A stretch of DNA of 64,000 bases, from NCBI GenBank assembly GCA_964016885.1, contig OZ024740.1, positions 150,474,001 to 150,538,000 of the forward strand, written 5' to 3'. The position numbers were made by a program, and so were the translations under genes. The notes beneath the pieces were generated by a model that saw nothing but the letters and a program-made list of their open reading frames with translations, did no database searches and was not told the origin of the DNA. This document shows, piece after piece, positions 51,621 through 64,000 of the stretch (position 1 is its first letter; each line of letters begins with the position of its first letter). This DNA comes from Eledone cirrhosa. Taxonomy: Eukaryota.

Positions 51621-54600
51621 ATGGCCAATATAAGAGTTGGATGTGTGAACGTACGCGGCCTGGGGATGCCCTGGAAATAGGGCAAACTCTTAAACGACCT
51701 CAGGTCACACAGTTTGGATGTGGTAGCCATTTGCGAGTCCAGGATCCACGGCGAGCGACAGCTGGCCCCCATCTTCGATGACTTTGAGATCTACGCATCT
51801 CTCTGTCAACCGGGGGGTGGGGGCGGAGTTGCCGTTTTGCTGCGGAAACACCTGGGCCTCGTAACACAGACGGTACATCTGGACCCGGAGGGTCGACTGG
51901 TGGTCCTAGACGTTGACGGTAGTGAAGGTGGAGCCTTCAGGCTGGTGGCCGCATATGCCCCATCCGGGACACCGCGGCCAGACTTCTTCAAACGTCTAGA
52001 GACTTTTCTGGGAACGTCCCGCTCCTTGCTTTTAGTGGGGGACTGGAATGGAATCCTAGATGCACGTTGGGACTATGTGGGAGCATGTCCCGAAAAAGGG
52101 GGGTGTAACAGCCTCAAACAGTTAATCGACCGATTTGACCTGGCCGATAGATATCGACTAGATTTTCCGACTGCGCCACTGTGGACGTGGAGTAATCGTA
52201 GCGGAACATCTAGATCGTACCTAGATAGGGTTCTAGTTAGAAATAAGGATAGGGACATGTTAAGCTGTCCACAAATGTTCATGGTTGCCTATTCAGATCA
52301 CAAACTAGTGACCTGCATGGCCAACCTTGATAGAACCCATAGACAAGGACCCGGCTACTGGAAGCTGAACTTGTCGTTACCGACAAGCAAAGCCTACAGT
52401 AGACGGATTAGCACTTTAGTTAAACAGCACTTGACAGGGGCCATTGTCAACAACAGATGGTGGTACTCTCTCAAGAGGGCAGTTAGATTAGACTCGATAG
52501 TTTTTAGTAAAGAATTAGCGTTAGATAGAAATAGAACCGAGAAGGAACTGGTAGATAAAGTAGAAGAGGCAATTAGAAGTGGCAACGTAGCCAGCGTGCT
52601 AGCAACGAGAACGGCCTTGGACCAGTTCTTCGACGCAAAGCACGAGGGCTGCGTTGTCAGAAGCAAAATACGTGCTCTGGGAAACGAGGGAGCCAAAGCT
52701 GTTAGCTGGGCCCGAGTGACGGAGGCAAAAAGTGGCAACAAGTCCACGATTCGGTCTTTGAAGGACCAAAACGGACGCGTGATACGTGAGCCGAAGCAGA
52801 TGTGTGCGGCTTTTCAGCGGCACTTTGCTCGGCTGTTCGGGGGGAGCGGCGCGCCGGGAGAGGCTATGGATTTCGGTCCATACCTCGACGGCCTACCGCG
52901 ACTCTCGGACAGTGAGGCGAAGTTCTGCGAAAAGCCGATTTCAGCCACTGAGATAGGGGACGCGCTGAGCCAATGCGGCAAACGCAAATCTCCAGGTCTC
53001 GACGGTCTACCCTACGAATTTTACGTAGCAATGCCGGACTTATTCTCCGGTCTCCTGGAAGCGGTCTACTGCAACTGGCAACAGAACGGGAGAATTTCCA
53101 GTTCTGTAACCGGGGGCGTGGTCACACTAATCAGGAAGGAAGAGAATAAGGGGGATGACATAGGCAACTTCCGGCCCATAACTCTGCTAAACACAGAGTT
53201 ACAGATTTTGGCCAAGGTGTTGGCAAAGAGGCTGGCGCTTGTCGTCGAGAACCTGGTGGGAGAAGCGCAGACATGCGCGATCCCGACCAGGTCCATACAC
53301 GACAACCTCCACCTCATGCGATACATCATAGAGAGGGTAGGGTGTAAACCCGGCTTCGGTGGGGCCCTGATCAACTTGGATCAGTCTAAGGCTTTCGATA
53401 GGGTTGACCATAGTTACCTGGATGCGGTGCTCGAGGCGGCAGGCTTCGGACCCGTGTTCAGGGGCTGGATTGCTGCAATGCACAACAGCAACATCTGCTC
53501 AAGGGTCAAGGTGAACGGTTACCTCTCGGAGCCGTTCCATATTACGCGATCCATTCGACAGGGATGCCCTCTCTCCTCCCTTCTGTACGTACTGACTCTC
53601 GAGCCACTACTGCGGAAGCTGGAGCTATTGCAGGGCATCCCTCTGGAACCGGGACTGCGGAAAGCGGCGTCGGCCTACGCCGACGACGTGACAGTAATGG
53701 TGTCGAGCGCCTCGCAAATCGAGGAAGTCGGCACCTTACTAAAGGAATACGAAAGTCTCACAGGAGCGAAGCTGAACCGGGACAAGTCCATCGGTTTGCA
53801 ACTCGGATCGTGATCGTGGAGAGGCAGACCGATGCCTTCCGACGGCGTCGTCGGACGCTGGACGGAAGGACCGGTAAAGCTGCTCGGGGTCTGGTTTGGT
53901 CCGGACCTCCAGGTGGAGAAGAACTGGAACGAAGTGACGGCCAAGGTGTTTGCACTCACCCAGAAGTGGGCCGAGTGCAAACTATCCTTGAAAGGTCGAG
54001 CGGAGGTGGCGAACACTTTTATAGCGTCCGCCATCTACTACCGCTTGAGCGTCGTGCCTTGTCCAGCCAAAACGCTCGCCAAAATGGAGCGCGCCCTCTT
54101 CCGATTCCTTCGGAAGAGGCGGGCTCCTTTGGTAAGAAGATCCATCTGCTGCCAACACCCTTCTAACGGAGGGCTGGGGATGCCGTGGTTGACGATGCGC
54201 AAACACGCGCTCAGGCTGCGGAATCTCTACGTATTCCTCACCGGACAACCGGTGTGGGCCCCGTTCGTGAGGCGAGCCTTCCCACGACTCGTCTCGCTGA
54301 CCGAGCTGCAGTCCTGGGTCAAGCAGAGACCGAGGAAAATGGGCGACTGGCACATCAAATGTGCTCAGGCGCTCACAGCCCTCTGGCAGGCGGACCCGGC
54401 GATCAGTGGAGACTCCACTTCGTCATTCTATAGAGGGTTGGTCCGCAGCAAGTGCGACGACGCGCTCGGTGAAACTCTAGGCGTGGAGGAAGATGAACTG
54501 GCCAGTCTGTTCGGTAGGACCTTCCGCCCGGGACCGATGGACAACTTCCAAAAGTCCCTGGCCTGGCAGTGCTACCGAGCAGCTCTACCAGTTCGAGACA

Positions 54601-55064
54601 AGCTCTACAGACATGGGCGCCCGGGCAGGGACCCTGCAAAAAAGATCTGTCCGAGGTGCGTGCGAGACGAAGAAACCGTCGCGCACGCATTCATACACTG
54701 CCCGGGCGTCACTGACCTGTGGGGCTATGTGGAACGACTATTGTCGCGAGTGGGACCAATCCAGTTGACCACCGAGTCCATTGTCATGATCAAACCGCCA
54801 CCCTCCTTCAAAAACGAAGGAGAGGCGGTTTTCCTTTGTGTGATAGCTATGGCGAAAGAGGTTGTATGGTGGACAAGGTTGAAAGGGCTGAGGTCAGACA
54901 CCTTTCTCTCCGGCCAACAACTGATTCTTTTTTTCAAATACCACTTTGGAAGAAGAATCAGGATGGAGAGAGAGGTGCTGTACCCCAGCAAGTTTTATGA
55001 AAGGTGGGTGAAAGTGGCGAGAATGGCCCGAGTGAATGGGCCTTCTCTCTATATCAGCCTGTAG
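51621..55064 (+). pseudogene. Tx1 ORF2, copy 2, stops at 51678-51680 (TAG) and 53811-53813 (TGA)
   Basis: Near-identical to copy 1 ORF2. Confidence 0.93.
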
Positions 55065-55330
55065 GTTGAGGAAAAGGAGGAGGAGAGGAAAGGAGTACAA
55101 GCTCTTCGTACTCCTGGAGATGAGGGTTGCACATTTTTTTCGGGGGTCTGTGTTACCCATATAAACTGTCTCCCTCTATTGGGGAAAATCGACTAACTTT
55201 TAAATTCCATCTGTGATAACATTTTACACGTTTTTATTGTATGTAAACTTCGCCCTTTGTATTTGTCCCCTTCTTTTGTGCCCCTGTGGCTAATAAAGAA
55301 ATCTATCTATCTATCTATCTATCTATCTAG

Positions 55331-55371
<41 letters not shown>

Positions 55372-55586
55372 AGACGTGTGTAACTTCGCGGAGAAGTTTC
55401 CGTTAATTTATGTAAGAAAACACGTGAGTTTTTAGTTAAATTTTATATCATTGTGTAACTTGACTCCCCGTCTGAACCTTCAGGTGGTGGGTCAACTCAT
55501 TTTCGCCCCTACAGGGGCGGAATATCCATTGAAAATTTTTTCCCCATCGAATCTTGGAAAAAATATTGTAAAATTTTGATTACGTT

Positions 55587-57485
55587 ATGAACGCTGCGTC
55601 CAACGATAATGGTGGTGGAGAGGCGGTAAGACTACCAAGCACGCAGTCAACAACGTCTTCTTCACTAGATACTATAGAGATGGAAAGACGAAATGAAAAT
55701 GTAAAAACGAATTCATATTCAAACAACACAAATGACACCAAACAATTCAATGACAACAAAAATAACAGCAACACCAATAATGATGATAAAAGCAACAATG
55801 ATAACAACAACAAAGAAAAAAATAAAGACAACACCAATAACACCAGCATCAAAGACAACAACAACACCAAGGAAAATACGGATAATACCAACATCGGTGA
55901 CAACAAGAATAACAACAATAATGACAACACCACCAATACGGATTCCACAAAGAAACCAAAAATCTCTTTTGCAGAGAAAGTTAAAAAAAAGGAAGAATTG
56001 ATATATCTCGACATAACAAATGCTGAACAACTTTTAAAGGACGCTAGGAGATATGTCAGTTTCGAAAAAAATGGTGCTTTCAGCATCAATTCTCCGGTAG
56101 AAATTCGCAAGGAAGCTGCTCTCAAAACGATAGTTTTTAGGACAGTTTCCAATTCTACCCGAAAACCAGTCCAACTGTCACAGAAAGAAATTGAACTGGT
56201 TTTCAAAAATTCAATGAATGATATTGCATTCATTCAAAGAAGCAAACTTTTTGGGAGTATTTCGGTACTGATGAAGGATCAATTGACGGCCCAAAATTAC
56301 TCTGTGTCGCCAATTGTATCCAACCTGTACACCTTTTTCCCTACATACTTGGGAAAAAGGACACAAAAGATCAGAATCACGAGTGTCACACCAAAGGTGA
56401 ACATATGGTGGATACTGTGCGGCTTCATCAATTTTGATGAAGACAGAATACTGTCAGTAGGCAAGTCCCCCAAAGATGTATTCAATGGGACTAGCATTGA
56501 AGTTCTGGTGCAAATGAGCCCAGAGCGAATAGCTATGATGCCACAGCGTGTACTCCTGGACGGACTCACCTACATAAACTTTTCGGTTGAGGGTAGGCGG
56601 CCTTCATGTTACCATTGCTTTAGCAGGGGTCACCTGAGGGCTTCCTGTCCTAAATTAATGAAACAAAAAAAGGCTCTTCTGCCGACACCCATCAAAACAA
56701 CACAACCACCAACACCACCACAACAACAACAACACCAACACACAAAAATAACCACAACAAACACAGTCCCACCCAACCCCACTCCACCTAAAACCACTGC
56801 AAACTCACATACAGACACAACAGCTCCCCAAGACATACCCCTCCCCAATCACACAGACGATACAACAGATGAGGCTATCTCGCCATCACCCAGTGAAGAC
56901 GAGGGAGAACCCCATCGCTCGAAAAGAAAGAAAAGACATCACAAAAGCAAAAAACCAGCAAACACTACCACAAACATACAACCACCAACACAAACAACAA
57001 AAACATCACAAACAAAACCCCCACCTCCTGAAAACAAAATACCTACAACAAAACGAAAGCACACACAAGAACTACAGACAAAAACAAACACAACACAAGA
57101 AAATTACACTTACATAAACACTGAAAACAAAACACTAATGGAGACCATCACGAACAACTCTTCGGTGAAAACCGAAGGGAAGACTTTCGCCCACTCTATT
57201 AAAAATAGCAAAAAACTGAACCTAAAACTGATTAGGGTCCCTATACAAACTTATAGGTCCCTAAAAGAAACATTTGAGAAGGATGTGGGGAATTCCTGCG
57301 TGAAACCACTCAACCGCATCCTTCTCAAATGTCTCCCCACCCCAGACACCCCCATCCCACCAGACCCCACCCCACCAAACATCTCCGTCCCCACCCCGCC
57401 GGAAACCACCACCCATCCAGACAACCCCTCCAACACCCCCATGGAAATCGTGCGGCCTGGTCCCCAGGAGACGAAGGGTGAGTGA
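55587..57485 (+). CDS. Tx1 ORF1, copy 3, intact (632 aa)
   Basis: Same protein as copy 2 except a 4-aa indel in the Asn tract. Confidence 0.88.
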   Translation: MNAASNDNGGGEAVRLPSTQSTTSSSLDTIEMERRNENVKTNSYSNNTNDTKQFNDNKNNSNTNNDDKSNNDNNNKEKNKDNTNNTSIKDNNNTKENTDNTNIGDNKNNNNNDNTTNTDSTKKPKISFAEKVKKKEELIYLDITNAEQLLKDARRYVSFEKNGAFSINSPVEIRKEAALKTIVFRTVSNSTRKPVQLSQKEIELVFKNSMNDIAFIQRSKLFGSISVLMKDQLTAQNYSVSPIVSNLYTFFPTYLGKRTQKIRITSVTPKVNIWWILCGFINFDEDRILSVGKSPKDVFNGTSIEVLVQMSPERIAMMPQRVLLDGLTYINFSVEGRRPSCYHCFSRGHLRASCPKLMKQKKALLPTPIKTTQPPTPPQQQQHQHTKITTTNTVPPNPTPPKTTANSHTDTTAPQDIPLPNHTDDTTDEAISPSPSEDEGEPHRSKRKKRHHKSKKPANTTTNIQPPTQTTKTSQTKPPPPENKIPTTKRKHTQELQTKTNTTQENYTYINTENKTLMETITNNSSVKTEGKTFAHSIKNSKKLNLKLIRVPIQTYRSLKETFEKDVGNSCVKPLNRILLKCLPTPDTPIPPDPTPPNISVPTPPETTTHPDNPSNTPMEIVRPGPQETKGE

Positions 57486-57518
57486 TCTCTTTTCCTCTTT
57501 TAACTTTTCAGCACCAAC

Positions 57519-60214
57519 ATGGCCAATATAAGAGTTGGATGTGTAAACGTACGCGGCCTGGGGATGCCCTGGAAATAGGGCAAACTCTTAAACGACCTCA
57601 GGTCGCACAGTATGGATGTGGTAGCCATTTGCGAGTCAAGGATCCACAGCGAGCGACAGCTGGCCCCCAACTTCGATGACTTTTAGATCTACGCATCTCT
57701 CTGTCAACCGGGGGGTGGGGGCGGAGTTGCCGTTTTGCTGCGGAAACACCTGGGCCTCATAACACAGACGGTACATCTGGACCCGGAGGGTCGACTGGTG
57801 GTCCTAGACGTTGACGGTAGTGAAGGTGAAGCCTTCAGGGTGGTGGCCGCATATGCCCCATCCGGGACACCGCGGCCAGACTTCTTCAAACGTCTAGAGA
57901 CTTTTCTGGGAACGTCCCGCTCCTTGCTTTTAGTGGGGGGACTGGAATGGAATCCTAGATGCACGTTGGGACTATGTGGGAGCATGTCCCGATAAAGGGG
58001 GGTGTAACAGCCTCAAACAGTTAATCGACCGATTTGACCTGGCCGATAGATATCGACTAGATTTTCCGACTGCGCCGCTGTGGACGTGGAGTAATCGTAG
58101 CGGAACATCTAGATCGTACCTAGATAGGGTTCTAGTTAGAAATAAGGATAGGGACATGTTAAGCTGTCCACAAATGTTCATGGTTGCCTATTCAGATCAC
58201 AAACTAGTGACCTGCATGGCCAACCTTGATAGAACCCATAGACAAGGACCCGGCTACTGGAAGCTGAACTTGTCGTTACCGACAAGCAAAGCCTACAGTA
58301 GACGGATTAGCACTTTAGTTAAACAGCATTTGACAGGGGCCATTGTCAACAACAGATGGTGGTACTCTCTCAAGAGGGCAGTTAGATTAGACTCGATAGT
58401 TTTTAGTAAAGAATTAGCGTTAGATAGAAATAGAACCGAGAAGGAACTGGTAGATAAAGTAGAAGAGGCAATTAGAAGTGGCAACGTAGCCAGCGTGCTA
58501 GCAACGAGAACGGCCTTGGACCAGTTCTTCGACGCAAAGCACGAGGGCTGCGTTGTCAGAAGCAAAATACGTGCTCTGGGAAACGAGGGAGCCAAAGCTG
58601 TTAGCTGGGCCCGGGTGACGGAGGCAAAAAGTGGCAACAAGTCCACGATTCGGTCTTTGAAGGACGAAAACGGACGCATGATACGTGAGCCGAAGCAGAT
58701 GTGTGCGGCTTTTCAGCGGCACTTTGCTCAGCTGTTCGGGGGGGGGGGGGCGCCGGGAGAGGCTATGGATTTCAATCCATACCTCGACGTCCTACCGCGA
58801 CTCTCGGACAGCGAGGAAAAGTTCTGCGAAAAGCCGATTTCAGCCACTGAGATTGGGGACGCGCTGAGCCAATGCGGCAAACGCAAATCTCCAGGTCTCG
58901 ACGGTCTACCCTACGAATTTTACGTAGCAATGCCGGACTTATTCTCCGGTCTCCTGGAAGCGGTCTACTGCAACTGGCAACAGAACGGGAGAATTTCCAG
59001 TTCTGTAACCGGGGGCGTGGTCACACTAATCAGGAAGGACGAGAATAAGGGGGATGACATAGGCAACTTCCGGCCCATAACTCTGCTAAACACAGAGTTA
59101 CAGATTTTGGCCAAGGTGTTGGTAAAGAGGCTGGCGCTTGTCGTCGAGAACCTGGTGGGAGAAGCGCAGACATGCGCAATCCCGACCAGGTCCATACACG
59201 ACAACCTCCACCTCATGCGATACATCATAGAGAGGGTAGGGTGTAAACCCGGCTTCGGTGGGGCCCTGATCAAATTGGATCAGTCTAAGGCTTTCGATAG
59301 GGTTGACCATCGTTACCTGGATGCGGTGCTCGAGATGGTTGACGATGCGCAAACACGCGCTCAGGCTGCGGCATCTCTACGTATTCCTCACCGGACAACC
59401 GGTGTGGGCCCCGTTCGTGAGGCGAGCCTTCCCACGACTCGTCTCGCTGACCGAGCTGCAGTCCTGGGTCAAGCAAAGACCGAGGAAAATGGGCGACTGG
59501 CACATCGAATGTGCTCAGGCGCTCACAGCCCTCTGGCAGGCGGACCCGGCGATCAGTGGAGACTCCACTTCGTCATTCTATAGAGGGTTGGTCCGTAGCA
59601 AGTGCGACGACGCGCTCGGTGAAACTCTAGGCGTAGAGGAAGATGAACTGGCCAGTCTGTTCGGTAGGACCTTCCGCCCGGGACCGATGGACAACTTCCA
59701 AAAGTCCCTGGCCTGGCAGTGCTACCGAGGAGCTCTACCAGTTCGAGACATGCTCTACAGACATGGGCGCCCGGGCAGGGACCCTGCAAAAAAGATCTGT
59801 CCGAGGTGCGTGCGAGACGAAGAAACCGTCGCGCACGCATTCATACACTGCCCAGGCGTCACTGACCTGTGGGGCTATGTAGAACGACTATTGTCGCGGG
59901 TGGGACCAATCCGGTTGACCACCGAGTCCATTGTCATGATCAAACCGCCACCCTCCTTCAAAAACGAAGGAGAGGCGGTTTTCCTTTGTGTGATAGCTAT
60001 GGCGAAAGAGGTTGTATGGTGAACAAGGTTGAAAGGGATGAGGTCAGACACCTTTCTCTCCGGCCAACAACTGATTCTTTTTTTCAAATACCACTTTGGA
60101 AGAAGAATCAGGATGGAGAGAGAGGTGCTGTACCCCAGCAAGTTTTACGAAAGGTGGGTGAAAGTGGCGAGAATGGCCCGAGTGAATGGGCCTTCTCTCT
60201 ATATCAGCCTGTAG
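57519..60214 (+). pseudogene. Tx1 ORF2, copy 3, with multiple stops, a frameshift and a deletion
   Basis: TAG near 57577 and 57684, extra G near 57940, deletion at 59334, TGA at 60020-60022. Confidence 0.9.
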
Positions 60215-60479
60215 GTTGAGGAAAAGGAGGAGGAGAGGAAAGGAGTACAAACTCTTCGTACTCCTGGAGATGAGGGTTGCACATTTTTTCGGGGGTATGT
60301 ATTACCCATATCTCCCTCTATTGGGGAAAATCGACTAACTTTTTAAATTGCATTTGTGATAACATTTTACACGTTTTTATTGTATGTAAACTTCCCCCTT
60401 TGTATTTGTCCCCTTCTTTTGTGCCCCTGTGGCTAATAAAGAAACATATCTATCTATCTATCTATCTCTCTTTCTGTCT

Positions 60480-63400
60480 GGCGCGTGGAACATCGCCGGT
60501 AAGCTATTTTGTTAATTTCTATACAAAAAACCGAACTAATTGTTTGAAAAAACATAACATTTTGTAGATTAACCCCAGGCTGAATTGTCAGCTGGGTGGC
60601 AATCTTATTTTTCGTCCCGAAGGGGGGGGGGGGGGGGGAACATTTAATTTGAAATTAATTTGAAAACTGTTTAAAAATGTTTAATATTTTGCCATCAGCT
60701 ATGGCAAGCGTTCAAGGAACGCTAGCGATCGTTGATGAAGGAAAAAGAAAAGAAATAGACTTTAACGTTGCTAAAAATTTTGCCTGTATCGAGGTAGTTA
60801 ACAACAAAGCTTTGTGTAACGAAAGTGAAGTAGACAACACAAACAAAATTGAATCGCACAGTGAACCACACAGTATACAACACGCACTAATATCAACAGA
60901 AAAAACAATTGACACAACTACAAACGGAAGACCCGACAACCACAACAACAACAAAATAACTTATACAGAAACAATCACAAATAATAATAATAACGTTACT
61001 TCTAACTCCACATGTATTGGCGTCACCATGGAAACCAATATGAACAACAAAAATAAAAACAAGATCGAACCACATATAGTACAACAGACAGGAAAAAACA
61101 ATAGAAAATAAAACCATTCACACAACTACAAACGGAAAACCCGACAACCACAACAACAATAACAACAACAACAACAACAACACCAAAAACACTTTTGCGC
61201 AAACAGTCACCAAGACACAAGATTTCACGGATCTCGATATCTCCAATGCGAAACAGATGCTCTCTGAAGCAAAGGAGTTTATCACCTTCGGTGAAAACGG
61301 GGGATTTCAGATAAACTCACCCCCAGAAATTCGTTTGGAAACATTTCGAAGGACAATCACCTTCAGAACTGTTTCAAATGAAACAAAAAAACCAGCATTC
61401 CTCAGTCAAGGGGAAATTGAGGCAACTTTAATAAAGATATTGCCAGACATTGACTTTATGCAGAGGGCCAAACAATACGGGAGTATTTCGGTACTCCTCA
61501 AAAGCGAGGCCCTTGCACAAAGATATTCAGTGACGCCAATACTGTCACAAAAAATACTTCTTTTCCCCCGCATACCTGGGAAAAAGGACACAAAAAATTA
61601 GAGTTTCAAACATATCACCAAATATTAATATTTGGTGGATATTGGCAGGATTTTTAGAGGAGAAAAAAGACACTATTCCATCCATCAAAAAGTCAACCAG
61701 ACACACCTGGTCTGGTACAAATTTGGAGATTCTGGTGCAAATGAGCCCGGAAAGAATCTCCAAAATACCAGAAAAAGTGATGGTGGACAACAACAGCCAC
61801 ATAAACATTGTAGTTGAGGGACGAAAACCACATTGCTTTCGTTGCAATAGTACCACACACCTAAAGGCCTCTTGCCCTTTACAAACACGCTCAACCAAAA
61901 CAATACAAAAGAAAACACTGTTACCAACACCAACACCAAAGCAACCACCACCACCACAAGTACAACGACGGACGAAACGGGCAACCACAACAAAACAAAC
62001 AGACACTCAACCAACAACAACAGAAAAAACAGAGACAACACCCCTGAAGAACACAACCCCACTCCATCCCACTCCATCAAACACTACCACAAACACACAT
62101 ACCGAAACACCACCACCACCACACAACATACCCTTACCCCACACACCTGACGATGATTATTCATCGACGGATGAAGCTGCTTCTCCTTCTTTAAGTGAAG
62201 AAGAGGGAGAGCCGCGTAAATCTAAAAAACAAAAAAAGAGACACCACAAAACCCCCAAAACTCCAATCACCAACACCAACACACAACCACAGACACAAAC
62301 AACAACACAAACAACACCACAGTCAAACATGTCCCTATCAGCAAATCCAGCACCAACACCACCCCAAACACAAGCACCCACCATAAAAAGAAAACTCCCG
62401 GACGAACAACAAACTAAACAACACAACAAAAACACAAACAACAATATGCATACATCAACACAAACAACAAGAGTTTGATGGAGGTCATCTCCCAAAACCC
62501 CAAGGTGGAGAGGGAGGGCAAAACTTTCGTCAAGGCAGAATCGTCTCCACACCTTAAACTTATAAGGGTTTCTATGGAAACCTATAAAGACCTAAAAATT
62601 AAATTTTCACAGGACGTGGGCAACCCCTGCCACAAACCCATCAACCGCGTCCTGTTGAAAGGTTTCCCCACCCCACCCAACACCCCTTCCAGCACCCAAC
62701 ACCCCATCCAGCACCCAAATGAGATTGAACAACCCGATCTCCAGGAAACGAAAAGGTAAGTGCACCTTTCGTCCTTTTTCTCCAACTTTTCTTCACCAAC
62801 ATGGCTGGTTTACGAGTTGGAACCGTGAATGTGCGTGGCCTAGGGATGCCCTGGAAACAGGGCCAACTTTTAAACGACCTTAGGTCACACAGTATGGATG
62901 TGATAGCCATCACCGAGTCCAGGATCCACAACAGGCAGCAACTAACCCCCATCTTCGACGACCTTGAGATCTACACATCTCTCTGTCAGCCAGGAGGTGG
63001 AGGTGGAGTGGCTGTTATGTTTCGGAAGAACCTGGACGTCGGAGTACAGCAAGTACACTTGGACCCGGAGGGTAGACTGGTAGTCCTAGACGCGAACAGT
63101 ATCGGAGGTGGCGCCTTCAGACTGGTGGCCGTTTATGCCCCGACCGGGCAATCGCAATCACGGCCAGACTTCTTTAAGCGTCTAGAGCCTTTTCTGGGAA
63201 CGTCTCGCTCCTTACTTTTAGTGGGGGACTGGAATGGTATCCTAGATCCACGATGGGACTATGTGGGAGCATGTCCCAGTAGAGCGGGGTGCAACAGCCT
63301 CAAAACTTTAATCGGCCAATTCCAACTGGAATCGTAAACCGCAGTGCGACATCTAGATCATATTTAGATAGGTTCTTCATTAGAGAAAGGGACAAGGAGA

Positions 63401-64000
63401 TGTTAAGCTGTCCACGAATGCACATGGTTGCCTATTCAGATCACAAGTTAGTCGTCTGCTTAGTCAACCGTGATAGAATACATAGACAGGGTCCCGGATA
63501 CTGGAAGCTGAACGTGTCGTTGCCGGCACGTAAAGCTTACAGTGAACGGATAAGTAGACTAGTCAAGCAACAGTTAACGGGAGCCATCGTCAACAATAGA
63601 TGGTGGTACTCTCTCAAGAAAGCAATTAGAATAGAATCGATAGGGTATAGCAGAGAGTTAGCCTTAGAGAAAAACAGAATAGAAAGAGAACTAGTAGCCA
63701 AGGTAGAGGAGGCACTTAGAAGTGGCAACGCGGCTAGAGTGTTAGCGTCGAGAACGGCACTGGACCAGTTCTTCGATGCGAAACACGAAGGCTGCGTGGT
63801 CAGAAGCAAAACACGTGCTCTAGGAAACGAAGGAGCGAAAGCTGTCAGCTGGGCCCGAGTGGCGGAGGCAAAAAGTAGCAACAAGTCCACGATTCGGTCT
63901 TTGAAAGACCAAAACGGAAGCGTGCTACTTGACCCCAAGCAAATGTGCGCGGCCTTTCAGCGGCACTTTGCGCGACTGTTTGAGCAGAATGACGGTGAGC
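60480..64000 (+). mobile_element. Tx1-clade LINE, copy 4, a diverged subfamily; runs off the window end
   Basis: Frameshifted ORF1 (60677-62759; CFRCNSTTHLKASC) and ORF2 from 62801 (NVRGL, GDWN, SDH). Clearly homologous to copies 1-3 but with many substitutions and a largely different 5'UTR. Confidence 0.9.

Larger units (their letters stand above)
49462..55301 (+). mobile_element. Tx1-clade LINE, copy 2, full length
   Basis: Same structure as copy 1; TATC-flanked. Confidence 0.93.
55372..60444 (+). mobile_element. Tx1-clade LINE, copy 3, with ~750 bp internal deletion
   Basis: The junction GTGCTCGAG|ATGGTTGACG at ~59334 removes the region equivalent to 47502-48251, including QGCPLS and YADD. 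Confidence 0.92.

Overview
Eukaryotic, AT-rich DNA made almost entirely of repeats, with no confidently identifiable host gene. The tRNA-derived SINE family and the dense (TA)n/(CA)n/(GA)n tracts suggest a coleoid cephalopod, probably an octopod (inference from recalled repeat consensus, not checked). (1) Positions 1-34 kb hold many short non-coding elements embedded in (TA)n. Several carry hand-foldable type I hammerhead ribozymes (HHR): four intact ones at 9.1-10.3 kb, an inverted pair at 5.5-5.75 kb, and several degenerate ones. These elements show terminal redundancy or fold-back structure, as expected of non-autonomous Penelope-type/retrozyme elements. Three decayed autonomous Penelope-like elements (PLEs) are also present; two retain both RT and GIY-YIG. 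(2) Decayed RTE, R4/Dong and CRE LINEs, SINEs, a non-autonomous Helitron and Tc1/mariner-type MITEs are scattered through the window. (3) Positions 43.5-64 kb are a head-to-tail array of four Tx1-clade LINEs from two subfamilies, each preceded by (TATC)n. This suggests a GATA/TATC-microsatellite-targeting retrotransposon; the middle copy looks like an unequal-crossover chimera. All folds and alignments were done by eye and boundaries are approximate.
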